A DNA stretch of 57,452 nucleotides from Gemmatimonadota bacterium (GTDB lineage Bacteria > Gemmatimonadota > Gemmatimonadetes > Gemmatimonadales > Gemmatimonadaceae), in assembly GCA_043744185.1 (NCBI GenBank), contig JAYTVE010000400.1:1-57452 (forward strand), given 5' to 3'. The position numbers and the translations under genes were made by a program. The notes below the pieces were generated by a model that was not told the origin of the DNA, did not search any database, and was given only the letters and a program-made list of their open reading frames with translations. Positions 26,701-34,918 of this stretch are shown here, in pieces; within the stretch, counting starts at the first letter, position 1, and every line of letters begins with the position of its first letter.

Positions 26701-27226
26701 GCGTCCGGTACCCGCCCCGATGACGCCGCGCGCACCGGCGCGCGTGATCCCGCGTTCGCCTTTGTCGCCCGATGCGCGGCCGGGGGCGCCGCGTCCGCGC
26801 GCTGTTCGTCCGGTTCCGGGCAGGGCAGCGCCCTCGCGCGCCGTGCCGCCGCGTGCTGCGCCGGTGGGTCCCGACGCTCGTCCCCGGCCGGTTCGTCCGG
26901 CACCGCGCGATGGTGCGCTTCCAGCGCCGCGTGCCACCGCGCCGTCCGCCGCGCGCACGTCGGTGCCACGCGCCGCTACGCCGTCCGCCCCGCGTTCGGC
27001 GGTGCCACGCGCCGTAGCTCCGCGAGTACCGTCTCGCACCACGCCGTCGGCGCCATTCTCGCCGGACGCACGCCCCACCGCGCCACGACCGCGCGCGCGT
27101 CCGGCGCCTGCACCGACGGGCCCTGCTGCTGCCGCACCTCGGGGCACGGCGCCGAGAGGGCCGGGCGCATTGCCCAAGTCTCCCAAGTCCCCAACACGCG
27201 GCAGCACGGTCGTGCGTCCGGAATAG
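23795..27226 (+). CDS. usher-like outer-membrane assembly protein with extra C-terminal beta-sandwich domains and a Pro/Arg/Ala-rich tail
   Basis: Signal peptide MRASLTRLLVGATLVVASLGVRGEAAGA. The N-terminal domain resembles usher NTDs (VVIENGPQVTLIAL...VKVDIDQSTLTVTY). A plug/middle-like segment follows (GWEVDVQRYGLPLAS...VPVSYGPNEVELVAYGPGG), within a long beta-rich region. Then come an SdrD-B/CarboxypepD_reg-like segment (VDAFLDVNGNGQRDADEPPVPNVKVTIG; GRLEFSDGSVGPTGAEIELVN...GSFEAYKLPPGRWEI) and a ~270-aa low-complexity tail. The usher call rests on position, size and these patterns, not on a search. Confidence 0.6.
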   Translation: MRASLTRLLVGATLVVASLGVRGEAAGAQPAVRGRAATAARPSWALGDSADADAIVRVVIENGPQVTLIALGRDTMLLLPVRQLFALLEVALTDDVDEKRLLGLVAPDRPPVGFDTERGLLWGGRTPVAYPRDAVTWQQGELYVSARLLAEALRVKVDIDQSTLTVTYLAVRDLPVVRRLERQRQRAAQWRTGAVIPTGVPVIDRPAPFDGVQMDWSFLSPLENPTNLSSARITLGAQLFGGGLELQQQQIGTESFLRGQTTWSWTRAWQDQRWVRQLGIGTVVVPGRRTRQLDGALITNVPYFRPADYATSYLSGVLPAGWEVDVQRYGLPLASLHPDANGNWRYEVPVSYGPNEVELVAYGPGGASRRWRANVVVPFERLQQGRFEYVAGAGACRFDLCQRAANVDLRYGLTDQLTLQGGTSEYALLGGKSVSNPFLLAAYAVRPNFNVIAEVVGGGYTRAEADYQPTTDFRITVSGAQFDTTMSSLFVNRLRSRSRADARVFWRPSEENRGLWFALQLSREERGVVSTESQQLSASYLRGPMRLQGGLLFDRTQLAGAASAFQRVRTELTVESSLLSPWKFTRGLYGRATTLLDADGSVAQLSASVFNAVSRRFRFEGGMQWVRGLNTPVVTLQMQANLPTFQAVSTMQQAGGTLVGGQTFSGTAGYDIGTHKVSVGNDLANGRGVGYGAVQVDAFLDVNGNGQRDADEPPVPNVKVTIGSQGATTDALGLATVRTLNAYVASYVEVDTAGLPNPMWVVEHPFIAVVVRPNSATRLAVPIRPAGGIIGRLEFSDGSVGPTGAEIELVNVESREARRAVTYSDGSFEAYKLPPGRWEIRPSNATLRRTHSRVDVAVVDVTSNGVEGFLETVTLQLMPVLVAPPAALPSMLRLMPEPIMRPDTARRLDLPVPARPRRSALELREFAAARMRLVIAARAEARAAAVRARLAAPAAVAPVVSRAVVPTASRPVPAPMTPRAPARVIPRSPLSPDARPGAPRPRAVRPVPGRAAPSRAVPPRAAPVGPDARPRPVRPAPRDGALPAPRATAPSAARTSVPRAATPSAPRSAVPRAVAPRVPSRTTPSAPFSPDARPTAPRPRARPAPAPTGPAAAAPRGTAPRGPGALPKSPKSPTRGSTVVRPE

Positions 27227-27348
27227 GCCGCGGCACGCTTGTGCGGGTGTCCGCTCGCGAGCGCGCGGGCTAGTTTCCGCGAGCAATGCTGACCTTCCCG
27301 GCAGCGCGTCGATGACGCGCGCTCGGGCGCTGATCTTCCGCGTCTTCC

Positions 27349-28119
27349 GTGTACGACATGCTCGCATTCGGCAGTTGGGCCACCGTCTGGTGGAAGCCCG
27401 TCCTGTTCCTGCTGGTCGCGGGGCACCTCACGAACATCTGTGTGACCGTGTTCCTGCACCGGGCGCAGACGCATCGAAGCGTGCAGCTTCATGCGCTGGC
27501 GTCGATCCCGATGCGGCTCTGGCTGTGGCTGACCACGGCCACCGTGACCAAGGAGTGGGTGGCGTGCCATCGCAAGCACCACGCCTTTGCTGATCGCGAG
27601 GGTGATCCGCACTCGCCCGTGGTCGCCGGGCTGCGCAACATCGTCCTCAAGGGTGCCTTCTACTACCGCACAGCGGTGCGCCAGGAAGGGGTGCTCGAGA
27701 AATACGGCAAGGGCACGCCCAACGACTGGCTGGAGCGGCACCTGCTGACGCGCCGCAGCTCGCTCGGCATCGTCGTGATGGCCGCCTTCGATCTCTGGTT
27801 TTTTGGTTGGGTTGTGGGCCCCGTGGTGTGGGCCGCGCAGATGATCTGGATCCCGTTTTGGGCCGCCGGCATCATCAATGGCGTGGGCCACGCGCTCGGC
27901 TACCGCAATCACGACGTGAAGGATGCGAGCCGGAACATCACCCCGATCGGCATCATGATCGCGGGCGAGGAGCTCCACAACAACCATCACGCCGACCCGC
28001 ACAGCGCGAAGTTCAGCCATCGCTGGTTCGAGTTCGACATCGGCTGGATGTACATCCGCCTCCTGTCGTTCCTGGGCCTCGCCCGCGTGGCCTACGCGCG
28101 CGAAGGGCTGACGGAGTAG
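27349..28119 (+). CDS. membrane acyl-CoA/acyl-lipid desaturase (delta-9-type)
   Basis: Three histidine boxes, HRAQTHR, HRKHH and HNNHH, in the canonical order, plus hydrophobic helices. Confidence 0.88.
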   Translation: MYDMLAFGSWATVWWKPVLFLLVAGHLTNICVTVFLHRAQTHRSVQLHALASIPMRLWLWLTTATVTKEWVACHRKHHAFADREGDPHSPVVAGLRNIVLKGAFYYRTAVRQEGVLEKYGKGTPNDWLERHLLTRRSSLGIVVMAAFDLWFFGWVVGPVVWAAQMIWIPFWAAGIINGVGHALGYRNHDVKDASRNITPIGIMIAGEELHNNHHADPHSAKFSHRWFEFDIGWMYIRLLSFLGLARVAYAREGLTE

Positions 28120-28123
28120 CGGC

Positions 28124-28402
28124 ATGGCTGACGTGACCTGCCGTCGTTGCGGCAACACACGCGCCGGGTTCGAGAAGGCGCCGTTTCCCGGTGCGATCGG
28201 TGCCCGCATTCTCGAGGGCACGTGCCAGGAGTGCTGGGAGGAGTGGAAGAAGCAGCAGACGATGCTCATCAACCACTACGGACTCAACGTGATGGATCCG
28301 CAGGCGCGGAAGTTCCTCACGCAAAACATGGAGGCGTTCCTCTTCAAGACGGGGAGCAACGCCGACGTGGACACCACCAAGCAGGGCAGCATCAACTGGT
28401 GA
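28124..28402 (+). CDS. yggX: Fe(2+)-trafficking / oxidative-damage protection protein
   Basis: 92 aa. ...ECWEEWKKQQTMLINHYGLNVMDPQARKFLTQNMEAFLF closely mirrors the YggX core (W..W...QTMLINE..LN......R..L...M..FLF). Confidence 0.9.
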   Translation: MADVTCRRCGNTRAGFEKAPFPGAIGARILEGTCQECWEEWKKQQTMLINHYGLNVMDPQARKFLTQNMEAFLFKTGSNADVDTTKQGSINW

Positions 28403-28407
28403 CGCAC

Positions 28408-30267
28408 ATGCGACACGGAATGGGCCGGACGGCGGTGGCGCTTGGCGTTGCCGCCGCGATCGTTTCTGCTGTCGGCGTGGGCGCGGGACGCGCCGCCACG
28501 CCGCAGGTCGTCACGCGGAGCACCTCAGCCACGTCGCCGGGGCGATCACAGATCGGCGCGAAGTCCGGCTCGTGGACCGAACGCACGCTCAAGCGCATGA
28601 CGCTGCGCCGGAAGGCGGCGCAGCTTGTCTGGCCGTGGATCCTGGGGGACTATGTGCCCGAGGGATCGATGGAGTGGGCGCGCCTCATGCAGCTGATGCT
28701 CGACGACGAAGTGGGCGGCATCATCGTGTCGGTGGGGACGCCGACCGAGATCGCGTCGAAGGTGAACGCGCTGCAGCGGCTCTCGAAGCTGCCGCTGCTG
28801 GTGAGCGCGGACTACGAAACCGGCGTCGGCTTCCGTGCGCGCGGCGCGTATTTCGTGCCAAACGAAATCGATCTGGGCGGCGCCACGAATTTCCCCCTCC
28901 AGATGGCGCTCGGTGCATCGCGGGACAGTGGGCTCGCCTACGCCATGGGGCGTGCCACCGCGCGCGAGGCCCGCGCCCTCGGCGTGCAGATCGCGTTCGG
29001 GCCCGTGCTCGACGTGAACAACAATCCGCTCAATCCGGTGATCGCGGCGCGCTCGTTCGGCGAGGACCCGGCGAGCGTGGCGCGGCTTGGCGTCGCGATG
29101 ATGCGCGGACTCGAGGAGAACGGAGTGATCGCCACCGGCAAGCACTTTCCGGGGCACGGTGACACGGAGATCAACTCGCATCTCGCCCTGCCGACCGTGG
29201 CGGTGAGCCGCGCGCGTCTCGACGCGGTGGAGCTGCCGCCGTTTCGCGCGGCCGTGAAGGCCGGCATCGGCGCGATGATGACGTTCCACGGCATCCTGCC
29301 GGCACTCGACAGCACCGGCGTGCCGGCGACGCTCTCGAGTGCGGTGCTACAGGGGCTGCTGCGCGGCGAGATGGGCTTCCAGGGGCTCATCTTCACCGAC
29401 GCGATGGACATGGTGGGCGTGGTCCAGCAGTTTGGCGCGCGCGAATCGGTGAAGCGCGCGGTGGCGGCCGGCGCAGACGTTGTGCTCATGCCCAAGGACA
29501 CGAAAGGATCGATCGACGCCATCGTCGAGGGAGTGAAGGAGGGGCGCTACACCGAGGCGCGCCTCGACGCGAGCGTGCGCCGCATCCTCGCGCTCAAGGA
29601 GAGGATGGGGCTGCATCGCCATCGGCTCGTGTCGCTCGACTCGGTGCGCGTGGTGGTGGGCGACTCGGCGCACGTGGAGCTCGCACGGCGCATTGCCGAG
29701 CGCGGCCTCACGCTCGTGCGCGACTCGCTCACGCAGGTGCCGCTCGCAAGCGCACGAACGGCACCGCGCGTGCTCACCATCATCGTCACGCCGCGTGGTG
29801 ACCTCGCGGCCGGGCCGGCATTCACCAACGCGTTACGCGCGTCGTATCCCGGGCTCCGCTCGGAACTGATGATGCCGAACGTCGAACGCGACGGCGGCAA
29901 TGTCGCGCGGTTGCTCGCCGCCGCGGACTCGGCGGATCAGGTGGTGGTCGCGAGCTACATGATCCAGACGAGCGAGTCGGCGACGGCGGCGGCACCCGGT
30001 TCGCTGGGCACGCTCGTGCGTGGGCTCGTGGCACGAGGCAAGTCGCCCGTGGTGGTGGCGTTCGGGAATCCGTACTTGCTGCGGGAGATACCGGACGCGA
30101 GCGCATACCTTGTGGCGTGGGGCGGCTCGTCGGCGTCGCAAGTCGCGGCAGCGCGCGCGCTTGCGGGACAGGTGGCGATCACGGGTCGCCTGCCCGTGAG
30201 CATTTCGCCGCTCGTGCCGATGGGCGCCGGGGTGTCGCGCGCAGTTCGCACACCGTCGATTCCCTAA
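28408..30267 (+). CDS. glycoside hydrolase family 3 (NagZ-like beta-N-acetylhexosaminidase with C-terminal domain), secreted
   Basis: Signal peptide MRHGMGRTAVALGVAAAIVSAVGVGAGRA. Catalytic region motif GKHFPGHGDTEINSH. Start re-set from the track ORF at 28147, which overlaps yggX. Confidence 0.88.
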   Translation: MRHGMGRTAVALGVAAAIVSAVGVGAGRAATPQVVTRSTSATSPGRSQIGAKSGSWTERTLKRMTLRRKAAQLVWPWILGDYVPEGSMEWARLMQLMLDDEVGGIIVSVGTPTEIASKVNALQRLSKLPLLVSADYETGVGFRARGAYFVPNEIDLGGATNFPLQMALGASRDSGLAYAMGRATAREARALGVQIAFGPVLDVNNNPLNPVIAARSFGEDPASVARLGVAMMRGLEENGVIATGKHFPGHGDTEINSHLALPTVAVSRARLDAVELPPFRAAVKAGIGAMMTFHGILPALDSTGVPATLSSAVLQGLLRGEMGFQGLIFTDAMDMVGVVQQFGARESVKRAVAAGADVVLMPKDTKGSIDAIVEGVKEGRYTEARLDASVRRILALKERMGLHRHRLVSLDSVRVVVGDSAHVELARRIAERGLTLVRDSLTQVPLASARTAPRVLTIIVTPRGDLAAGPAFTNALRASYPGLRSELMMPNVERDGGNVARLLAAADSADQVVVASYMIQTSESATAAAPGSLGTLVRGLVARGKSPVVVAFGNPYLLREIPDASAYLVAWGGSSASQVAAARALAGQVAITGRLPVSISPLVPMGAGVSRAVRTPSIP

Positions 30268-30387
30268 ACAGGCGATCTGCCCCTTGCGCGGCGAACCCCG
30301 CGCGACGGATTGCCGCGTGACGCACGGGGCGGTAACGTCTCGCAGGCACAGTCGCCACGCCGGTCGCGTCACGCGCCGCGTCAGGGG

Positions 30388-30416
30388 TTGACTTTAGTTT
30401 CAGTTGGCTACTAATT
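30388..30416 (+). promoter_or_regulatory. sigma70-like promoter of the NrtR-like gene (TTGACT-N17-CTAATT)
   Basis: TTGACT at 30388-30393, 17 nt of spacer, then CTAATT at 30411-30416, ~40 nt upstream of GTG 30456. Overlaps the 16-nt motif described in the findings. Confidence 0.4.
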
Positions 30417-30455
30417 GCCCCCCGCGATGTCTGCCCCGCTCCTTCTCCGCCAGCC

Positions 30456-31133
30456 GTGACCGCCGCCACCCGGCGGGCGGCAGCCACGGCCACCCACAGC
30501 GTCGATCTGGTGCTGCTCGCGCCGCGTGAGGGCGCGCTGTACGTCCTCGTCGGCAAGGGCCCGCGCGGGACAAGCCATCTGCCGTGGGCCGCGCCCAAGG
30601 CCGGCGAGGCGCTGGCCACCGCAGCGCGGCATCTCGCCAAGCGCACATCGGGTGCCGAGCCCGGATGGATGGAGCAGCTTCAGGCCTTTGGCGACCAGCT
30701 CAAGCATCCGGCCGCGAGCGCCGTCAGCATCGCATACGTCGGGGTCGTGAGCGGCCCAGCGGCGGATGGACGGGTGGCGAGCGGTGCCGCGTGGGTGCCC
30801 GTCGCGCAGGCGGGCCTCGCAGGGCGTCATGGCGCGATACTCGAGGCCGCCCTCGACACGATGCGCACCCGGATCGATCACGCACCGGTCGCCTTCAAGC
30901 TGCTGCCACCCACCTTCACGCTCTCAGAGCTTCAGGGGATGTACGAGCTCCTGCTCGGCTGGGCGTTGCACAAGGCGAGCTTCCGTCGCTCGCTCCAGGC
31001 GGCCTACCTCGTCGAGCCGACCGACGAGTGGCGGAGCGAAGGGCGTGGCCGTCCCGCGCAGCTCTACCGGTTCGCCCCGCGCAAGCGCCGCCAGGGGCGC
31101 CGGGGCGTCCGCTTCGACGTGCTGGGCCAGTAG
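30456..31133 (+). CDS. NrtR-like regulator (degenerate Nudix domain + C-terminal winged helix)
   Basis: Nudix-fold N-terminus (VDLVLLAPREGALYVLV...LPWAAPKAGEAL) in which the catalytic REuxEE glutamates are replaced (ARHLAKRTSG). C-terminal PTFTLSELQGMYELLLG...FRRSL...LYRF is the NrtR-type wHTH pattern. Confidence 0.75.
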   Translation: MTAATRRAAATATHSVDLVLLAPREGALYVLVGKGPRGTSHLPWAAPKAGEALATAARHLAKRTSGAEPGWMEQLQAFGDQLKHPAASAVSIAYVGVVSGPAADGRVASGAAWVPVAQAGLAGRHGAILEAALDTMRTRIDHAPVAFKLLPPTFTLSELQGMYELLLGWALHKASFRRSLQAAYLVEPTDEWRSEGRGRPAQLYRFAPRKRRQGRRGVRFDVLGQ

Positions 31134-31255
31134 GCCCGCCGCACCCCCCCGCGAGGCCGTGGCGCACCCGTGACGGACCCCGGCTTGCGAAACGGGGTAC
31201 CCAGGGGTAATTAGTTGCAAGGTGTACATAACGTCAAACTCGGGGAGGGGAGCCG

Positions 31256-31588
31256 ATGTCCGCCTATCTCGACCGCCTCTGCCGCGCGCTCACCGACCGT
31301 GACGCGGCGGCCATCCGCACGCTGCTCGACGAGCCATCGGCGGCCTCGTTGCCGGCCGCCGTGCGCGCCGAGGCCGCGGCGCTCGCTGAGCAGCCGTCCA
31401 ATAGCGCACGAGCACCGCTGCAGGCCTTCGTGTTCGCCCATCGCATGGCGCAACTGATGGTGGCCGCCGGCGCGCACGGTCCGACTCCCGATGCGCCCCC
31501 GATGCCGCGCGACCACCGCATCGACGAACGGCACGAGGTAGCGCGACCAGCGCCCTCGGCGCGCGCACGACGCGCCACCGCCGCCTGA
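31256..31588 (+). CDS. hypothetical 110-aa Ala-rich protein
   Basis: ATG preceded by GGGGAGGGG. No family recognised. Coding status rests on ORF length, the SD-like element and a downstream terminator. Confidence 0.45.
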   Translation: MSAYLDRLCRALTDRDAAAIRTLLDEPSAASLPAAVRAEAAALAEQPSNSARAPLQAFVFAHRMAQLMVAAGAHGPTPDAPPMPRDHRIDERHEVARPAPSARARRATAA

Positions 31589-31606
31589 TCGCGACACCCC
31601 GAGCGT

Positions 31607-31644
31607 ACGACGCCCCGCGCGACCTTGGTCGTGCGGGGCGTCGT
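31607..31644. terminator. bidirectional terminator hairpin between convergent genes
   Basis: 16-bp stem ACGACGCCCCGCGCGA / TCGTGCGGGGCGTCGT (one G-U pair) with a 6-nt loop. Lies between the stop at 31588 (+) and the stop at 31665 (-). Confidence 0.65.
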
Positions 31645-31664
31645 GCGTTGACGGGGCAAACGGG

Positions 31665-33125
31665 CTACGGCGTGGGCACCGGTCGACCGTACATGTCGCG
31701 CACTTCGACCGGCGCCACGCGGAGCGCGCCGAGCGCGGGCACGAGTGACGCGCGATCGCCTGCAATGACGATCGTGAGTGCCGACGGATTGATATAGCGC
31801 GCAGCCACCCGGCGCACATCTGCCGCCGTCACCGCATCGACCTTGGCCTGATATGCACCGAGCTCAGAGAGGGGAATACCGAGCGTCGCCACTGCGGCAA
31901 TGCCACCAGCCACGTCGGACGTGGACTCGAAGCGATCCGCATACCCCAGCGTCAGGAAGCGCTTCGCCTTGCCCAACTCCTCGGCGGGCACCGTCTCGCG
32001 AATCGTCTTGAGCTCCTTGATGAACTCGAGCAGCGCGGAGTCGCTCTTCGCAGAGACGATCTCCGATCCCGCCGTCCAGGGTCCGACCGAGCGGCGCGTG
32101 GCAAAGCCGCTCGACGCGCCGTAGCTGTAGCCCTTGGTTTCGCGCAGGTTGTTGTTCAGTCGGCTCGTGAACGCGCCGCCCAGCACGGTGTTCATGACCT
32201 GCAGCGGATAGAAGTCGGGACTCGAGCGGTTGATGCCGACACCGCCAATGCGGAACGACGACTGCGCGGCCGCTGGCTTGTCCACGACGACGATGCGCGT
32301 GCTCGTGGCCGCGACCGGTGTCGTGACAACTGCACGTGCGGGAAGCGGTGCCTTCGCCCAACCACCAAACAGTCGCTGCGCCAGCGCAGTTGCGCGGTCG
32401 ACCGTCACGTCACCGACCACGATGAGCGCGCTGTTGTTCGGCTTGTACCACGCGGCATAGAAGGCGGCGACATCATCACGCGTGAGCGCCTCGGTCTCCT
32501 CCTGTGTGCCAGCCGTGCTCCGGCCATAGGGATGCGCGTCACCGAAGAGGAGCGCGGCAAAGGCGCGGTCCGCCATCGCCGGACCGCGATCCTTCTCCTG
32601 CAGCAGCGACGTCATACGCTCGTCGCGCAGGCGCGTGAACTCCTTCGCCACGAGTGAGGGACGCAGCGTGACATCGGCCATGAGTGTCATCGCCGAGTCG
32701 AGCACGGCCACCGGAGTGTGCAACGAAATCGTCGCACGGTCGAAGTTCGCGCTCGTCGAGAGCTGGGCGCCGAGGAAGGCTTGCTGTTCCGCGATGTCGA
32801 GCGACGCGCGACCATTGGCCCCTTCGTCGAGGAGGTTGGCCGTGAGCGTCGCGAGTCCGCCCTTGCCGCTCGCCTCCACATCACTGCCAGCGCCGATGAT
32901 CAGCGCCACGTCCGCGACGGGCAGGTCGTGTCGTTCGACGATCACGAGGCGCAATCCGTTGGCGAGCGTGCGCTCCTTCATTGCCGGGAGGACGAGGCGC
33001 TTCGCGGCGCCGAGCGTTGGGGGCTTGGTGCGGTCGAACGACTGCGTGCGCGCGATCGATGGCAACGCCAGCACGGCGAGCGCCGGCAGCGCGCGATACG
33101 CGACGGTCAGCAATGTGCGCGACAT
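31665..33125 (-). CDS. M16-family peptidase, non-catalytic (beta-like) subunit
   Basis: Signal peptide plus the insulinase two-domain layout, but no HxxEH motif in the N-terminal domain. Start ATG shares one base with the upstream gene's TGA (TGATG). Confidence 0.85.
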   Translation of the reverse strand: MSRTLLTVAYRALPALAVLALPSIARTQSFDRTKPPTLGAAKRLVLPAMKERTLANGLRLVIVERHDLPVADVALIIGAGSDVEASGKGGLATLTANLLDEGANGRASLDIAEQQAFLGAQLSTSANFDRATISLHTPVAVLDSAMTLMADVTLRPSLVAKEFTRLRDERMTSLLQEKDRGPAMADRAFAALLFGDAHPYGRSTAGTQEETEALTRDDVAAFYAAWYKPNNSALIVVGDVTVDRATALAQRLFGGWAKAPLPARAVVTTPVAATSTRIVVVDKPAAAQSSFRIGGVGINRSSPDFYPLQVMNTVLGGAFTSRLNNNLRETKGYSYGASSGFATRRSVGPWTAGSEIVSAKSDSALLEFIKELKTIRETVPAEELGKAKRFLTLGYADRFESTSDVAGGIAAVATLGIPLSELGAYQAKVDAVTAADVRRVAARYINPSALTIVIAGDRASLVPALGALRVAPVEVRDMYGRPVPTP

Positions 33126-34510
33126 CAGTCAGTTCCTCCCACGGCGAGTTCGGTCTTGCCCTGTGGCACGACGGTGAGGACCACCTTGCCGTTGCCCGCG
33201 AGCCAGCGCTGTGCGGCGCGTTGCACGTCGCCGGGCGTCAGCTTCTCGACCTCGGCCAGTTCCGATGCGAGACAATCCGGTGCGTTCCGCGTTGCCAGAC
33301 ATTCCCCCAACGACTGCGCGCGGCCCAGGGTGCTCGAGAGCGCGTCGAGCACCGACGCCCGCGTCTGATTCTTGTGACGTTGCAGTTCTCGTTCGGACGG
33401 TCCGTGCGCCGAAAGTTCGGAGATGGCCGAGTCGAACGCCGCCGCGAGCACGCGCGGGTGCACCCCCGGCTTTGGTGTGCCCTGCAACGCGAACGATCCG
33501 GCCAGTCGCTCGGTCGAGTTCGAGGCCCGCACGTCCTGTGCGACCTGTCGCTCGTACACGAGCGACTTGTAGAGGCGCGACGACTTGCCCTGTCCGAGGA
33601 TGGCGGCGGCGGCGTCCAGCGCCGCCTCATCCGCATGGCCGATGGGCACCCCGCGCCACGTCCAGCTCAGGCGCGGCAACTGCACGCGATCCTCGAGCAC
33701 GAGCACCGTGTCGCGTGCGAGCGGCGGGAGCGCGGCCGCCGTCGAGCGCGGCGGGGTCTCGGGATTGCGTGGCACCGCGGCGAAGTAGCGCGTGACCATG
33801 GCGCGCGCCGAGTTGGGGTTGAAGTCCCCCGCGATGACGAGGATGACGTTGTTGGGCGCGTAGTACTGACGGAAAAACCCCTTCACGTCATCGAGTGACG
33901 CGGCGGAAAGGTCGGTCATCGAACCGATGGTGCTCCACGAGTACGGATGTCCGGCCGGCCAGAGCGCGGCAAGGATTGTCTCGTAGGAACGACCGTACGG
34001 CGCATTGTCGTAGCTCTGTCGACGCTCGTTCTTCACGACATCGCGCTGCAAGTCGAGCTTGGCCTGATCCATCGTGGGCAGCAACCAGCCCATGCGGTCA
34101 GCATCGAGCCAGAGCATCAGTGGCAAGGCGTGCGCCGGCCCCGACTCGAAATAGTCGGTGCGATCCTGGTTCGTGGATCCGTTGTTCTGTGCGCCCGCGG
34201 CCTCCAGCCACTGGTCGAACTTGCCCACGGGCACGTTGGACGAGCCCATGAACATGATGTGCTCGAAGAGATGGGCGAATCCGGTACGGCCCACCTTCTC
34301 GTCCCCCGATCCAACCTTGAACCACTGATAGACGGTGACGAGGGGAACGGTGCGATCGACGTGGAGAATCACGTCGAGACCATTGGGCAATTGGAAGCGC
34401 TGATGGGGGAGCGCAACGCTGGGAGTCGTGGCACCCTGCGCGTGTGCGATCGCCGGCAACAGCAGGGCGGCGCCGCTGAGGCGCCGCAGGAAAGACGACA
34501 CGCGGGTCAT
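33125..34510 (-). CDS. M16-family zinc peptidase (catalytic subunit)
   Basis: Inverted zinc motif HLFEH in GFAHLFEHIMFMGS. Signal peptide MTRVSSFLRRLSGAALLLPAIAHA. Start re-set to ATG 34510. Confidence 0.88.
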   Translation of the reverse strand: MTRVSSFLRRLSGAALLLPAIAHAQGATTPSVALPHQRFQLPNGLDVILHVDRTVPLVTVYQWFKVGSGDEKVGRTGFAHLFEHIMFMGSSNVPVGKFDQWLEAAGAQNNGSTNQDRTDYFESGPAHALPLMLWLDADRMGWLLPTMDQAKLDLQRDVVKNERRQSYDNAPYGRSYETILAALWPAGHPYSWSTIGSMTDLSAASLDDVKGFFRQYYAPNNVILVIAGDFNPNSARAMVTRYFAAVPRNPETPPRSTAAALPPLARDTVLVLEDRVQLPRLSWTWRGVPIGHADEAALDAAAAILGQGKSSRLYKSLVYERQVAQDVRASNSTERLAGSFALQGTPKPGVHPRVLAAAFDSAISELSAHGPSERELQRHKNQTRASVLDALSSTLGRAQSLGECLATRNAPDCLASELAEVEKLTPGDVQRAAQRWLAGNGKVVLTVVPQGKTELAVGGTD

Positions 34511-34649
34511 CACAGGGGAAGGCGAGAGAAGGCGCTGGTGCGGCGGACGATGCTCATGCGACCCACAACTGAGCGGACAAGATCGCGCCGAAGCGGAGGC
34601 ACGACACAACTTCGCGTCCGTTGTCGGCACCACACAGGGGGAACAACAA

Positions 34650-34677
34650 CGCCCCGGCCTCTCGGGAGGTCGGGGCG
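34650..34677 (-). terminator. terminator hairpin after cspA paralog 2
   Basis: 12-bp stem CGCCCCGGCCTC / GAGGTCGGGGCG (one G-U pair) with a TCGG loop. On the minus strand it is followed by TTGTTGTT. Confidence 0.65.
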
Positions 34678-34708
34678 TTGCACGACAGCCGAGAGCGGAC
34701 GAGGCGTC

Positions 34709-34918
34709 TTACCCCGCCTTCGTCACGTCCGCGGCTTGCGGACCCTTCTGGCCCTGGACGATCTCGAACTCCACCTTGTCCCCTTCAGCAAGCGACTTGA
34801 AGCCACTGCCTTGGATGGCGCTGAAGTGCACGAACACGTCGGGCCCCCCCTCGCGCGAGATGAAGCCGAAGCCCTTGGCGTCGTTGAACCACTTCACACT
34901 GCCGGTGATCCTTGCCAT
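34709..34918 (-). CDS. cspA: cold-shock protein (CspA family), second paralog
   Basis: [14 protein letters not shown] and VFVHFSAI motifs. 69 aa. About three-quarters identical to the 5223-5438 product by eye. Confidence 0.95.
   Translation of the reverse strand: MARITGSVKWFNDAKGFGFISREGGPDVFVHFSAIQGSGFKSLAEGDKVEFEIVQGQKGPQAADVTKAG

Noticed and set aside
26417-27226. The Pro/Arg/Ala-rich region as a separate gene or as non-coding DNA.
   Set aside because: The reading frame is continuous from 23795 with no internal stop, and there is no alternative start with a ribosome-binding context. I keep it as part of the usher-like ORF but flag it for verification.
30406-31219. The 13/16 inverted motifs flanking the NrtR-like gene as terminal inverted repeats of a mobile cassette.
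   Set aside because: There is no transposase, no target-site duplication that I could see, and both motifs sit in promoter-like positions. An operator interpretation is more parsimonious.
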